A stretch of 62,418 bases of DNA, the filler included, from Choristocarpus tenellus KU-1152 (Eukaryota > Protista > Phaeophyceae), in NCBI GenBank assembly GCA_964200185.2. It is 12 parts of 12 records of this genome, joined end to end, with 100 filler letters (N's around TTAATTAATTAA, not from the genome) between each part and the next. Parts side by side here need not be neighbours in the genome. Positions count along the whole stretch, not along the records: positions 37,081 to 41,974 come from CAXNAD020012635.1; positions 42,075 to 45,592 come from CAXNAD020019492.1; positions 45,693 to 50,847 come from CAXNAD020011679.1; positions 50,948 to 54,439 come from CAXNAD020019659.1; 8 more parts are not named here. The stretch is one strand, 5' to 3'. The notes under the pieces are model-generated. The model was not told the DNA's origin and did no database searches. It saw only the letters and a program-made list of their open reading frames with translations. A program made the translations under genes and the position numbers. Positions 37,125-51,142 of the stretch are shown piece after piece (position 1 is the stretch's first letter; each line of letters starts with the position of its first letter).

Positions 37125-40100
37125 CAACATGGGACGCCCAACAGATCCGATCTTCCAGGCTTGTGGGGTATTTGTAGTGTGAGGACCAGTGCATTCTGAC
37201 TGTCCAAACACTTCCAGGATATGCATGTTCAAAGATGCAAAATAGTTGAGAATCTGCACTCCAAAGAAGAAAAGTAAGAACAGAAATCAAAAGAAGACAG
37301 CACCAAATTCAAGTTAAAAAGAATCAGTGACTTCAGTGGGAAATTGATTGGGATTGGTACCAAAACACTCAAGAGATCAAGGTTTTCCAGTATATGCAGA
37401 CTTTAAAATTTTAAATCCAACTAAGAAATAAATCAATAATCAAAAAGGAGAATAATAATAATAATAATCAATAATAATAAAAGGAGAGAGAAGACAGAAA
37501 CTTTACTCATTTTGTATCGAGCACCTCAAGGATATGTACAAGAAGGGAAAGATGCAAGCTAATGTTCTCTTTCTCAACAGAAACAGCAGGTGCAAGTAAG
37601 ACCTCTACATGTGAAGAACAAATCACATTTCAGGAATAAAAACACAATGAAAAAGGTGGTGGATACGTTCACACAGCACTGATCAAAACACAGACTAAAA
37701 TAAAACATGAACATGGTGTATCCTGGTGTGTAAAAAGTAAAATATATCTCAGAAAAAAAGAAAAAAGAGGATAAGAGTTAAGGGTCTGTCTGTCAATCAC
37801 TCCACCTTCACAGGTCAACCCTTACGCTGGTCCATTCCAAGTCGTGTCTGAAAGGAAGACTTCAACGTTGATAGGGTTATGGAACAGTCAATAATTAAAA
37901 GATTTAACATACATATACTCTACTGTTTTTCACTTGATTGGTTGAATGGACTACTAACATTTAAAGTCAACATTTAAAAGATTGAACACATACATTGCTA
38001 TTTTTCACTTGATTAGTTGTACCAACTCTAACATCATCCCGTCAACTAGAAACACTGCAATTATTATTGTTATTATTAACATATACGAGATATAGCCAGT
38101 GTATCTATCAGTTGGATTATGTTGCTTGACTTTACAAATAAAGTTCCCTCATAGTTCAACTGGACAAAAAAAAAAGTTATTTTTGAAACACACACATAAA
38201 CCAGTAGGGGTATCTATCGATCAACACCATTGTTAAAACTTGCAATATATACATACCTACATACCTACACCACACTACTGAAAATATTGCATCACACAGA
38301 AACCATCCTAATCAACTTGTCTCCATTCCGTAAGCCTCTTCACCAATCACAACCCAAAAACCTGAACACACAATACAAACTACAACACACCTCGACAGAA
38401 ATGGGTGCAGCTGCAGTGAACAGGCACTTCGCCTGGTCCAGACCCAGGTTTGTCTTCACCTTGGAGAACGCCAACTAGTCACAGAAAAACCACAGCAAAG
38501 CACACACATACAAATGCAACAGAACAGTAGTAGTCGAGGCTCTGCAACCTACAATGTAAAAAAATTATTCAGAGGGACGCTCTTTCACAGAAGGATCAAA
38601 TCAATAGAGAACACTTTTCTTTACCAAAATATGTCATCATCTCTAACCTTAACCCTAACCCTTTTTTACTAGCAAATTATCAATATATTCACTCTCCTCC
38701 ACAATACGTTTATATTTTGCAAATTAATAAAGGAACAAATTTATTATTATTTTATTAAATTGTTTTTTCTCTACGTCATAGACGCCTCCTCCCTCCTGAA
38801 AAAAAAACATTAAAAAGTGCCCTCCAGATACGTGCTGTTTCATTGACTGTTCTAAAAATAGAACAATCAGAATAACCTATTCAAGATGTGACAATAATAG
38901 GACCAATATGTAGTTCAAACTGAAGGCATCACCAATCTCCTATATTCATTCCTCCTGCAGTTAGAGGCAGTGATGTAAAAATACCTGTGAACTTAGTTTT
39001 GAGGCACACCTTTCAAAATAATCTTACATTAAATTAAAATTTAATATTCCATTTCACATCCAAAATACATCTATCTTCTCAATCTACAACAAGAAACCAT
39101 TTCTGATGCACAAAACTCATGCATCCACACTAAATCAAGTAAACTATACAGATAATGCTTTGCATAAATACTAGTGGATAAAATAAATACAAAAACAAGG
39201 TTGCAACTACATACATGAGAGGTATCCACCACAAAAACAATAGAACGATCAAAATCCTGTACATAGAATACAAACCCACATCAAAATCCTGTGCATTTCA
39301 CCTCAATATACAATAGGGGCTATACCACCCAAAAAACAAGAGTGGGATAATATCAACCCCTTCTCATTCTTACAAAAACTTCCCAAACTTATGGCAATGA
39401 ACAGTGTCATCCATTGCCCCATTGCCTGGCATGTAATCAATCTTTCATATAATAGAAAGAGCTGTCTTTCAAATAAAAGATTAGGAATGAACAGTTTCAC
39501 GTATCTATCCCAGGCAAATGTTTTACAGTAAAGAAACAGACTCTGAGCCAAAAAAATTCACCTTAGTCCAAAAATCACATTTCAACACATGGGCTATCAA
39601 AAGTGTACTCAAACTAGAAAAAAATATGTATGGGAAAATCTCGCATAAGCCCTAACCCTAACCCTATAGCCCGATGTCGATGTACAATGTGCCATACAAA
39701 AAAAGTCATAGAGCATCAATTCAAGTTCAGGTACAAAATACAGTAACAAGGCACACTACTCTTCTAACCTCACAACCAATTTCAAAACCTTGTACACAAA
39801 ATAATAATAATAATAATAATAATAACAAAGCAAAAAATCAGGAAGGTGTAATAAAAAATGAACAGAGGAACCAACGTAAGATTCCTGTCAAAAAGTTAAT
39901 GGACAAACCTAAACCTGGTCCAGATGTGAATCCAGTACGACATAACTAGGTATACCTTCAATATACATAAATTTACACACCACCTATTGTACACTGTCAA
40001 TAACCTGTAACCCTAACGCTACTTACATACCGTCATACCCTCTGATTTACTCCACCGTATGAAAATATTTGTGAAATCTATTCACTCTTCTGCTGCATCC

Positions 40101-40987
40101 TTAACCCTAACCCTAACCCTAACCCTCATACCGTATTGGCTACACCAAACCCACAAGGAGAACCTCCCCCCCCGCCATACTGCAGCATCCTGGCTTGTTC
40201 TGTCCCCTGTACAACATTAACAGCAGAAACACCAGTTATCAACAGCAAAAGCCACCATGGTGTATTACAAGCAATAAATAAATAAATATAAACAGTAGTT
40301 TTCAGTCCAGTACCACACAAAAAACGAAATATACACAAAAAGAGCCGTCTGTCGTACCGTGTACCTCAGCAACAAAGAATTTCATACACAAGTAAGTTAA
40401 CAAGGAATGCAAGGAATGAATCTAAGATTCAAACACAAAAAAACAGATCACTCGGGGTTTTTTTACACATTTTCATACCATGGAGACAACAAAAAATATT
40501 ATTTTTTAACAATTTAAAGAGATAAAAAATAATATCTGTAGGAGTGAAAAGACACATCCCCTGTACACACTTAACAACTTCAACCAAAAAGAGGTACACC
40601 CTATCCCTAACACCAAAAAAAGAAAAGAAAAATGAAATGAATCTCTGAAGCCATCTCCTGCACACCCTCACTACTGAGAGTATTTCTCAATAGCCATCAT
40701 CAGACCACGAAGCAAATCACTAACTTTGCTTGCGGATAGATCCACACACGGCATAGTTGAATATTCAATAAAATCAATAACCACAATTAACAAAACACTT
40801 CATTCTACTAACAGCTCGGTTCAGGGTAAGGATTAGGAACGGAACAGGGTCAGCAATCACACTACCACTTTACCTTAGACTTTGCCCATGTGGAGATCTT
40901 CTTCTTAACACCTGTGATGGAACGACCAACGTCCATCATCTTCTCATACATCTTCTCCCACACCTGCACATCCAACAAAATACAAAT

Positions 40988-41022
<35 letters not shown>

Positions 41023-41872
41023 CATATTATGTGCACAAAAGAATAATATGTATGTAGACAATTATATATATATGTAATATATTAACACAAGATTAACACA
41101 CATAATATACACACACATACAACCAAAAAAGCAAACACGGTACATAGATACACACACACACACAAACACACAAACGTAACAAAATAGCAGGGCTCCTGAA
41201 AAACCAAGAAGTTTCCTACACTTCAAAGAACTTGGATACTGGCAATCACCAGAATTTCACCAACTTAGAGCTTCACCCCATACAGTACAAGCAATTCCAC
41301 AATCACAAGGACTTTTTTTATTTTAGTGATAAAGTACCGCCTGTTACCCTGAAACCCAAATAATACCTAGTAATAGAGGGAAGTACCACATCACACACAC
41401 ATAATAACAAAAAATAATAGACTAAAAAGCATAAAAAAATAGGCAATCACTAAAAAATAGACTCAATCTTTTGGAAGGCACCCCATGAAGTTCAACTAAC
41501 TATATAATTCAACCACTTCCACAACCCTCCCCACCCACCCTTCTCACAATGTTCTCCCGAGGTAATTACCCACATAAAAAAAGCTAGCTCATGAAATAAA
41601 CCTTATCAAGGCACTTGAGACCGCTACAACTCTCAATCAAAGTACACAAGTCTTGCCACAGTCAGACCACCTCAATAATAACACACCAAAAGTCACCAAT
41701 TGCGTCAAAAAAAGCCCCAGCCTATTCTTGTCTATGTTCTCACCCTGGGTACCCCAAAGAACACAGTGGGTTTGCACTCCCTCAAGGTCTTCACAAGAGA
41801 CCCCTTGAGGGCATCAGGCTGTGCAAAGAACACCTGACACTTGAGCATCATTGGACCATGGACATCCAGGAT
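37125..41872 (-). CDS. ACSBG: Long-chain-fatty-acid--CoA ligase, bubblegum (ACSBG) type, internal fragment. Exons 41872-41744, 40963-40874, 40206-40132, 38474-38391, 37253-37125
   Basis: Five phase-0 GT-AG exons translate to FFAQPDALKGSLVKTLRECKPTVFFGVPR|VWEKMYEKM...KKKISTWAKSK|G...|LAFSKVKTNLGLDQAKCLFTAAAPISVE|ILNYFASLNMHILEVFGQSECTGPHT...IGSVGRPM. Confidence 0.93.
40102..40126. repeat. Interstitial telomere-like (TAACCC)n; shorter runs at ~38644-38661 and ~39650-39666
   Basis: Direct read TTAACCCTAACCCTAACCCTAACCCT, a few nt inside an intron donor end. Confidence 0.7.
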
Positions 41873-43153
41873 CTAATCCACAAACACAAATGAAAAAACA
41901 AAAAAGAAACAAGAGACGGTAGATGGGATGGGATGGGAGGGGATGGGATGGGATGGGAAAGGGGGTGTGAGGAGNNNNNNNNNNNNNNNNNNNNNNNNNN
42001 NNNNNNNNNNNNNNNNNNTTAATTAATTAANNNNNNNNNNNNNNNNNNNNNNNNNNNNNNNNNNNNNNNNNNNNCAATTGAGAGCATACTTTTGCATCTA
42101 TAATTCGTTTGTACATAATATATTTTATGAAGGACCACCAACCCATTACCCTCTACTTCAGCAATATATATAAACAGTACTATACATACATGTCCTCTCT
42201 GAGATTGAATATTTATTTAGAGGAGAGAGTGATATGACATGCGTCATGTATTGTTCATCTCGATTTGATAATCAAATGGCGTTCCTTACACATTTTGCGC
42301 AAGTCTGCTTGCCTTGTTATTTTACACCTATACTATCAAAGATCTTGTGGACCTTCAAAAAGTCTTTTGTTGATTTCAAATATGTTTGACGCGTTTCTAA
42401 AACACTTCAAAATTTGAAACCCTCCATTGAAAATTATTCCACCCGATCAGTTCCTCCGTTCGTCCCGTCAAGTACTGCCAGTTACTGGCCCAGCGAAAGA
42501 CCCATCTGTCCCAAAGGAATATCACCAAAAATGTTGAAAGAGAGGTGGGGAAGGAGATTATTCAACTCCAACCACCCACAAGTGTGAAGGACAGACCTGC
42601 ATCGTGCCTTGGACTTAGAATAATCGTACCGTTCAACATTGAGAAAAGAATTACGATACAGGTCCATCTTCATCTCCGAGGAGATTCTTGTATTTGTTGG
42701 GGATAACATGCAGGGAATTTGTTGGGATAAGCCCGTCACCGAAAAAGAATGCTTGGAAGAGGGTGAAAGAGATCCTCCTGATTCAACCACCCATGAGGAA
42801 AATGGGGAAGGAGATGACGTTATTTTGACCACCAGCAGGATTCTGGAAATAGGAAATAGGAGGGGATTCAACGCCGGAAGAAAGTATAGAAATGTAAGGA
42901 AGCGGTCCTCCTCATCATTTATTGTGCAGTCACTTACCAGGAACCAACCAGGCGAACAACCCAACACACCAGAAGGGATATTTCCTTGACCGGAAGATTT
43001 TGACAACAAGAACTATCGAAAAACATTAATTTGTTTCAAATGCTACCGCGATCAGGTACGAATTACACAAAGTTTATTCGAATACCTCAAGGAAAGGTCA
43101 AGTCTATGAATAAATGTTCAGCTTAGTGTGCCATGTAATCCCAAGTCTTTCGC

Positions 43154-44155
43154 TTTTGCTTTGTGCCACACCAGTCACCATCTCTGGGCTCCAGACGGTA
43201 AATGGAGTGATGGATAAGACCTGTATGATCCTACAGGAGCACATCTGGAGGTTGACGAGGTTGGTCAGCTCTACACTCCACATCAAGCCCCTGGAGCACG
43301 GGCAAACGTTCCTGGCTATGGTGGGATACATCTGCAAACAGTCAAACCAACAGTGGTTCAGGAGTCACCTGGTTGGTGTGTCTGATTAGTGGGGTTCTTG
43401 GGCTTGATCAAGTATAAGAAGGGTCAAAGTATCTGGGAGGGGGGGTGGTTTGTGAGGGGGCGTCCGTTTCGGTTAAACAACTCTTTTTTTTGCTGACATT
43501 TCAAATCCCGACAAGTGCGACCAAATCACACCAAAAAGTGAAAATAAAAAAAAGGGTGAAAAACGAACGCTGACACCCCCCCCCAGATACTTTGACCCAG
43601 AAGCTGGCCTGGTACTTACAGGAGGCCACTTTTTGGGTGTTATGTAGCATATTGTATATTTTGTTGAGAGGGTGTGCCAATCATGTAGTAGTAGCACGTA
43701 TTTCCATGCTTAGATTAACATCACCTAAATGTTGTTTGCAAGAAATGACGGGGATGAACTAGTTTTACCAACGGATCAAAGTATCTGGGGGAGGGGGTGC
43801 CGGCGTCCGTTTTTCACCCTGGCTCGAAGTATCTGGGGGGGGTGGCGGTTGTATATTTGGAACCAATTTTTTCATGTCGCGATTTTTGGGTGATTTGGTT
43901 CCATACGTTGGGATGGATAATGAAAGGGCACTTTTCCTGGTTTTGGTTCAAATGGACACTCTGGTGTAGAACCACCCCCCCCCCCCAGATACTTTGGGTC
44001 AACCTACTGCCAGACGGGACGCACAAGGTTGAATACAACGGAGCCTTGTCCTGGGATCTGTGCAAGGTTCCTCCACCGGATATGTAGCTTGACCCAGGAT
44101 GGCCGTTACATTTGCAAAAAGTGCTCAAAGTGGCTATCCCGAGCAATGACATGGT
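43154..44155 (+). pseudogene. Putative Replitron-like HUH endonuclease fragment followed by a PHD-like zinc-finger exon, both interrupted by MITEs
   Basis: LHIKPLEHGQTFLAMVGYICKQSNQQWFRSHLVGVSD resembles the Replitron TFxxMxGYCxKD segment. Removing the 43773-44000 insertion gives VLPTYCQTG...CPGICARFLHRIC...YICKKC. The HUH motif itself was not found. Confidence 0.45.
43421..44000. mobile_element. MITE variant A' (43421-43598, TSD AGAA; sister copy from 45368) and composite A'/A element 43773-44000 (TSD AAC)
   Basis: Same TIR core with a different internal sequence. The 43773 element has two successive left ends (43773, 43821). Confidence 0.8.
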
Positions 44156-45718
44156 AACCACAGGAGTGTTAACATGCAAGGTTGTCCTTTTTTATGTTTT
44201 TGGGGAGGTTCTTCTCCTATTTTCCCCAATAAACCTATTTGCCTGCCTAGGTGTATCTCAGTAATATATATTGTATATATCCACGAGTATGACCTGCTTT
44301 GGAGGTCGGCATTGTTGTAACATGCATGTACTCCAGAGTACACGATTGCTGATATGCATATTCTCTATTTTCCATTCATTTATGTGAGTTGGTATGATGA
44401 AGGACAAAGGGGAGGTTTTGCAGGGGTGATGATGTGTGAAGTTGTCCTGCTTAGGTGTGGCTCAGGATATTGTACATACATATATTTGTATGACCTGCTT
44501 TGAGCCAAACCAATCGAAAGGTAGGCAGGTTGGACCCTTTTGTATTCCAAGTCATCTTTCTAACCATGTACAATACACTCCATTTTATTGGTTTATATGG
44601 ACAATAGTGTGCACAAAATTAGTATTCTTCCTTTCAACAAAAAAAGTGACACCATAATTCAGCACGGATTCTTTCTACAAATGTACAAAATGGAGTAATT
44701 TTTCCCCATCTATGAATCCTTTACCCTGCCTACCTCTCTGGTTCAACTTCTTCATTAGTAGTAATTCTGGAAGAACTTACATGCATATATGTTGTAGGTG
44801 TAAATGTACGTCTTCTCAGTACTTTCCCTCAATAAATATATTTTAATGTAAGTGGACATGGCCTAGGACACAAGACGTTAAACATATGCTTGTTATCTCT
44901 CACTAATTCTGTCATTAAGCTCCTGTTTGGATTTTTTAACTTCCTCATAAATCAGTCACAAGTTGCACATAGGTGTAGGACAGGTCCGGGCTGCTCATCT
45001 CAAATTAATTCTTATTGCAGAAATTGTGATGAAACATCAATCATGGCCTCTGAAGGTGCGAGGTTATGTACCTCAACTTTTCTAGATGAGAGAATGATTC
45101 ATTTTCGCTTGGCCCTGTTCCTCGCCATGTTGTGACTCGGAAGGCAGACTGAGTTGAGATTTGCCACTGTTTGATGTAGATGGTGTTGGTGGTGTTGGTG
45201 GATGTGTAGCCCATTTTCGTTGTGCTTGTTGGAACATAGGTCATCCCACCATACTCCAGTTCATAGAACCCAAACAAACAATTGTGCAACAATCATATAA
45301 CTGACTGAACTACACTGTATGTCAGACACATACTGAGCAATGATTAGGAAGGAAAAAATAATGTCCTGGGTCAAAGTATCTGGGGGGGGGTTTCGGCGTC
45401 TGTTTTTCACCCTTTTTTCGATTTTCGCTTTTTTGGTGTGATTTGGTCGCATGTGTCGGATTTGAAATTCAGCAAAAAAAATAGTTGTTTGACCGAAACA
45501 GACGCCCCCTCACAAACCACCCCCCACCCCCACATAATTTGGCCCCCCCCGTTGAACAACACCTTATCCCCCCCCCACCACCATCCAACTAGNNNNNNNN
45601 NNNNNNNNNNNNNNNNNNNNNNNNNNNNNNNNNNNNTTAATTAATTAANNNNNNNNNNNNNNNNNNNNNNNNNNNNNNNNNNNNNNNNNNNNCCCCCCCA
45701 GATACTTTAAGCCATCAC

Positions 45719-47818
45719 CTGTGAGAACCGTGATGCTGCCCAGGAGAGGATGGGAAAGGCCAAAATGATTGGTATATGCACCCACATGCTGAAGGTGAGG
45801 AGACCCCCAAACAAAACAAATAGTTTGATAAACTCAGCCACTTTTTGCCTTGCCAAAGGCTTGTCACTGTGGTAAGGTATCGGGTGATGGTAATGGGGAG
45901 AAGGAGCAGTTTGAGACAGTGGTAGGGAATTAAATGTTTTAGAGGATGTCCATAGTAATGAGTCAGGCATGACATATCAATTCAAGATTCTCTAGCATTA
46001 CACCTCCCTGAACAATCCATGGCGCAGGACAATTGTACTCATCTCAATAGAGACGGAAGGCTTGAAGAGAAGGCTAGAGCTAGCGTTTTTCTGAGCAAAG
46101 TTGGACCAGAAATGAAAGCTACACATTGATGATCATTCCGGAGCAAGTGAAGTGCTAGGGGATAAGCATGAGGCAAGACCATAGCCAACAACATTGACGC
46201 ATGACCAAGACTATTTTAATCTCACCATATCATTTTGCATAAGTTCTATGGATCAGGTTTCAAGTAAACAACACAGACCATGGAATTGGTGTGAGAAGTG
46301 CCAGGGGCACATCGGGTGACTTTGCCACCCTTCTTCATTCGTTCATGTGTGCTGCGCACAGGTATGGGAAAGAATGTTGGATGCTGCACATAGGTTGTAG
46401 GGGTTCATGCAGAAGTAAAATGGTCTACTATTACCTCATATCCCAGGCCATCTCCACAGCCTTCTGAATCCGACGGGGTCCAGGGAAGTATCTCCCTGTT
46501 GCACTGTGTACGTACGTCAGTAGAATAAGGCTTGAATATACCACAATGAAGTTGGAGCTAGAAGGCCCGCAGGAATAGATTACAAAGGGTTTGGGATTGA
46601 GAAGGTGGAGCAAGATATCAAGGACCTCTGAAATCAGTCAAGCAAAGATAACCAGAACCTGGTATGGCACAAGACAGTTTCGATTGATGACCTCACCTAG
46701 CTTGGCCAATCAACCTCGAGCGGTAGGTGCCTGGAAAGTCGATTAATCCCTCACCCAGGGTAAGATACTCAACAAGGGTGCTCAGTGCGACACCGATTGT
46801 CGGTCCAAGGATGACTGGGAAGAGTGTCACACACCAAACGTACCTTACACAATGAAGACACGACCATGAGAGGTTAGGATGGTAGTCTCGCACAGTTTAA
46901 TGTGTACTTGATCCTCCACTAACGATGTCTAAATTCTGTATAGACTATAATATGTTGGCCTGGGTCGTCACGTTCTCTTACCTTGTGGAGAAGATCTCCT
47001 GGTCCAAATCTGGTACACGAGTTGTCAAGGCGAGCCCCGCAGTCCCAATTGTAATCTCGACTGTGTTAGCAATAATAACACCGATTATTCCTTCCAGTGA
47101 GGTGTATTCAGCATAGGGTGACACTTTCCGAACGGCATAAGCTACCCCAACGACGAATATTGCTGAAGGAGGGAGCATAACAAAACATGGAAAGTCCAGG
47201 TTCAGATACAGCATTCTCCTTCTTTTGCACAAGCAACGATCTGAAGAAGGATGGCAGTACAGACGAAGCGTATTGACCTAAGACACACACCTGCCACTCG
47301 CAGCCGTCTGGCCGCCAAAACAACGTATGTGATTGCAACACCTGGAAAATGTGATATGTGACGATGAAAAACACAACAGATTAGTGAAGGATCCGGTCGT
47401 GAGGGTGGCGAGTCGATGTGTGAAGCATATTAGATTCATTTCGTAATATTCAAACAAACGACATTTTAAAGTTCACGCAGCAACGTTCACACTTGAGCCT
47501 AACAACCTCGCAGCACCCTCAATTTCAACACCTCACACAAAGAAATTCGGCACATAAACACTATTACAATAGAGAGACAAATGAAAAGATTAGAAAATAC
47601 GGTAATGACCTCACACCAAAAAAAACACTGCCACATACAACAGCTACAATACTCTCACCATTGGCAGGACTGAATAGAGAGTTTCCATTCAGGGATAACA
47701 AAAGCCCAAGTTCGATGGACGCATAGTAGGCAAGACCTAGTAACGCAAGCCCAGTCATTTCCTCTTTCGAAAGCCCCAGGTTTCGCCATCTCGAAGCCAA
47801 CTCATCCATCATCTGCAT
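45719..47818 (-). CDS. MASE1-domain multi-pass membrane sensor, probably the N-terminus of a histidine kinase; 3'-truncated. Exons 47818-47659, 47341-47291, 47162-46982, 46843-46697, 46557-46435, 45866-45719
   Basis: Six GT-AG exons with consistent phases (1,1,2,2,2,0) and no stops. Hydrophobic helices with MASE1-like motifs LAYYASIELG, SPANGVA, IIANTVEITIG, GPTIG and LAFPILSWAASRF. Confidence 0.8.
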
Positions 47819-50800
47819 CTAACGGGAACGAAGTTGAAACGCACCTTCACAAGACCCCTTTTCCCAACTTCTATCCCTCTTATCTCGATTGAGACTCAAA
47901 GAGACGATCTTCTATATGCTCTCCCTTCACAATTCTTTCCTATTCCCTTAGGAGTATTCTGTAAAAAATAACAAGAGAAATATTGGACTGTAAAAATACA
48001 TTTTCATAATATATGGAGAATAAATAGAGGATAATTCAAGATACAATTTCTAACTTTGTAACGTTGTAACAGTAGATTTGAAAATAAAATATAATATAAT
48101 GCCAATATCAATATTTAGAATGATGTGAATTCAAAATCAATACTCAACATTTATACATATATATATATGTATGTATATATACTCAACTTTGTTCAAAAGG
48201 TATTTTTTGTTTTCAAAAATATTTTGTAAGGAAGATGATCTTGTATTTTTGTGAAGAAGAAACGGTGGTTATTTATGCAAGTGTATGTGTTGTACATTAA
48301 TTAATAGTGGTAGTAACATCTCCAAATAATATAATATTAATAATAGCAGTTACAATTCTTTGAGTGCCATATTATATTTCTTGTCTTGACCTCCCAATCA
48401 TAACATCTTGCAATGGAAAAAACAGTTTTGACATGCCATCAATAACATAACTCCAAAATTGGTTGATCAACACAAATCTGGAAAATTCAACAGAAAACTA
48501 AAATATATTAGTAGGAGTTTCTTACATACTATATATAATACAAAGTAATAATAGATTGTGAGAGATAATATACCGATATTTGTCTTTTTATGGCAAAGAC
48601 TTATTCCGCCCCTGGTTAGCACATCATACCCGCACAGAAGAGAAATATTATTGATTCGCCTTGACCAGCAAAAAGGTTTTTCGCATTGTTGTTACGAAAG
48701 TAAAGGGGTTTGTAGTGTCAATACAACATTTTACCCTCTCACATTTTCGACGACCCTTGAAAAATTACAGTTTTCAATGAAAGATAATAGTTGTCGTTCA
48801 TGAAAAAGATATCTAAGAAACTACACATTTGAATACTAAGAGGCTGATGATGAGTGAGATCGAGAGCCTCCCCACAACGGATACGACCTTAGACGGCGAT
48901 GACGAGATACGCACTAAGAACAAGGTATACATTTATCGTACCCATAAATATCATCTTGATACATTCAAGAGTATGTATGGTGTCACTTAGTGTCCACATA
49001 CTCGCTTATGAAGACCTTCTGTGTTCACCACAAATCTCCAAGACTCTGCTTAGGAGACTTAATCGACTCGGAACCCGCCCCGTTCCAGAAGAGGTTCGTT
49101 GGTCGAAATAGACGCTCCCTTTCCAGGTACACTGATGACGATGACCTCCAAACCGTGTACCCAAGGTAAGGAGATAAAACATGTTTTCCGCATCACCCCT
49201 CCCTCTGATCGGCCTTCAAGCCATGTAAACATGATTCAAGGTCAACCAAAAGGTGAGCTCTGAGAGCGAAATGGGAAACATGTGTGGTTGTTAGCATACA
49301 TTGCACCATTCATTGTATTACACGACTCCATTAACACGAAATGAAGTATACAATATAAACGAGGCTAACGATGTATATCTGATCAGGATAACATAGCCTA
49401 AAGGTTGATGGTGTGTGGTCAGCACACCAATCAAGCTTACGAACGAGGTCTGAGTGTATGGGATCAGCATATCAGTCAGCCTAAAGACGAGGCGAGAGGT
49501 ATATGTGGCCAGCATATAGGTCTCTAATATCTTGTTTAAAACAGAGGATACACTCAGAATGGGGAGACGAGGAGCAAACACTATACACGATGTCAACAAA
49601 ACGATTTGACTAGTGTTTGTGATTCGACGTTGCTATAAGTGTTATACGATGATTTGATCACCACTCCGATGCGTGAAAACAACATCGCGTGTTACGCAAT
49701 CAAATCAACACAGCAAACGAAGAGATCAAATGTGTGCACCCATTCTCCTTCCTCAATTCTGACTTCGATGGGAAATATTGCTCACGACAACAATATTCCA
49801 AGTGGACAACTCGGACAAACGTTCGATGTTGGTGGTTCAACTCTCCTAAAACGATACGAGGTGGTTGTACGATCATTACATCATGTCGGGGGTTCATGCA
49901 ACACAAAAAAACGAAAATAAATACATGACAATTATGGCTCGCCTTAAGTCTCCATCCTTTACCTGGTGGTAGACTTGAGTCTCCTTTTTTTTCTGTTTGA
50001 GGATGGTGTTAGTCATTTCATGATGATCAATAAATCCATTTCATGAAAACATGACATGATGTAATGAACAACCACCTTTAGCATACACGAGCTAATATAA
50101 TGTGCCCGGTGATAACGGTCTCTTCACCATCGCATGTGTCCACTCATGCAAACGAGGAGAGTTGAGAGATAAAATTAATTGTATATTAATTTATCTAATC
50201 CACCATGTATGTATAGTCTATTTGCAAGGATTGATATAAACCTGGTAAACATGAGATGCCAAGTCAGAGCTGGACGTGAACAGGATAACTGGCATCTGTT
50301 ACCAGTTATCTCATCTCTTTTCACAAAACGATAGACTATACCCATCTATGACAAAATGACACAAACACGATTTGTCTAAACTAGATGGACAACCTCTCTA
50401 TGTAAAGGATTACAGTATGTAGGTACACGAGATATGGCCAAAAGACACTAGACTAAAAACAAGTATGCCAACACAAAATCAAACAACCACAAAAAGAAAG
50501 AAGAAACAGAAAAGATCAGTAACAAAAAATATAAATAAACTAAAACTTTGGCCATGATATGTACCACACATACCCACGATAATCTCTTTACTGACACGAA
50601 ATATTATGACACGACAGAAATGCATGATATACAGACTATCCAAAGGAGTATGATAACAGTAAACACGAATTCTCAAGTCACCAACACGAGGGACGAGAAT
50701 TTTTACTATTTATCCAATCCATTTACTGCACGATATAGGCTGCAATCATTTCACGGCATTGTAGGATCTGTTCTATTCTCTTGTGAAGATCACAAGACGG

Positions 50801-51142
50801 TCCATAGCCATAAAGACGAAGGCGATAGATAACATTAGTGGACGAACNNNNNNNNNNNNNNNNNNNNNNNNNNNNNNNNNNNNNNNNNNNNTTAATTAAT
50901 TAANNNNNNNNNNNNNNNNNNNNNNNNNNNNNNNNNNNNNNNNNNNNGTGAGGTCACAGTCACTACCCCCAACAGCCTTGGCAGTCCTTCCTCGTCTCCT
51001 ACCCTGACCCCTGCCATCTCCTTCATCAACGCCCTCATAGACCTGGGTTGACATAAAGAATGGTGTTACTTATCTTGACCACTAGAAAAGTGAAGCAGTA
51101 CTAGGACACACTACCACAGCATTCCGGAGAGTAATCTCTCGA

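Noticed and set aside
40102-40126. True telomere or chromosome end
   Set aside because: Only about 4 units, inside an intron of an intact gene.
48800-50847. Possible degraded retroelement
   Set aside because: No diagnostic motif recognised in any frame.
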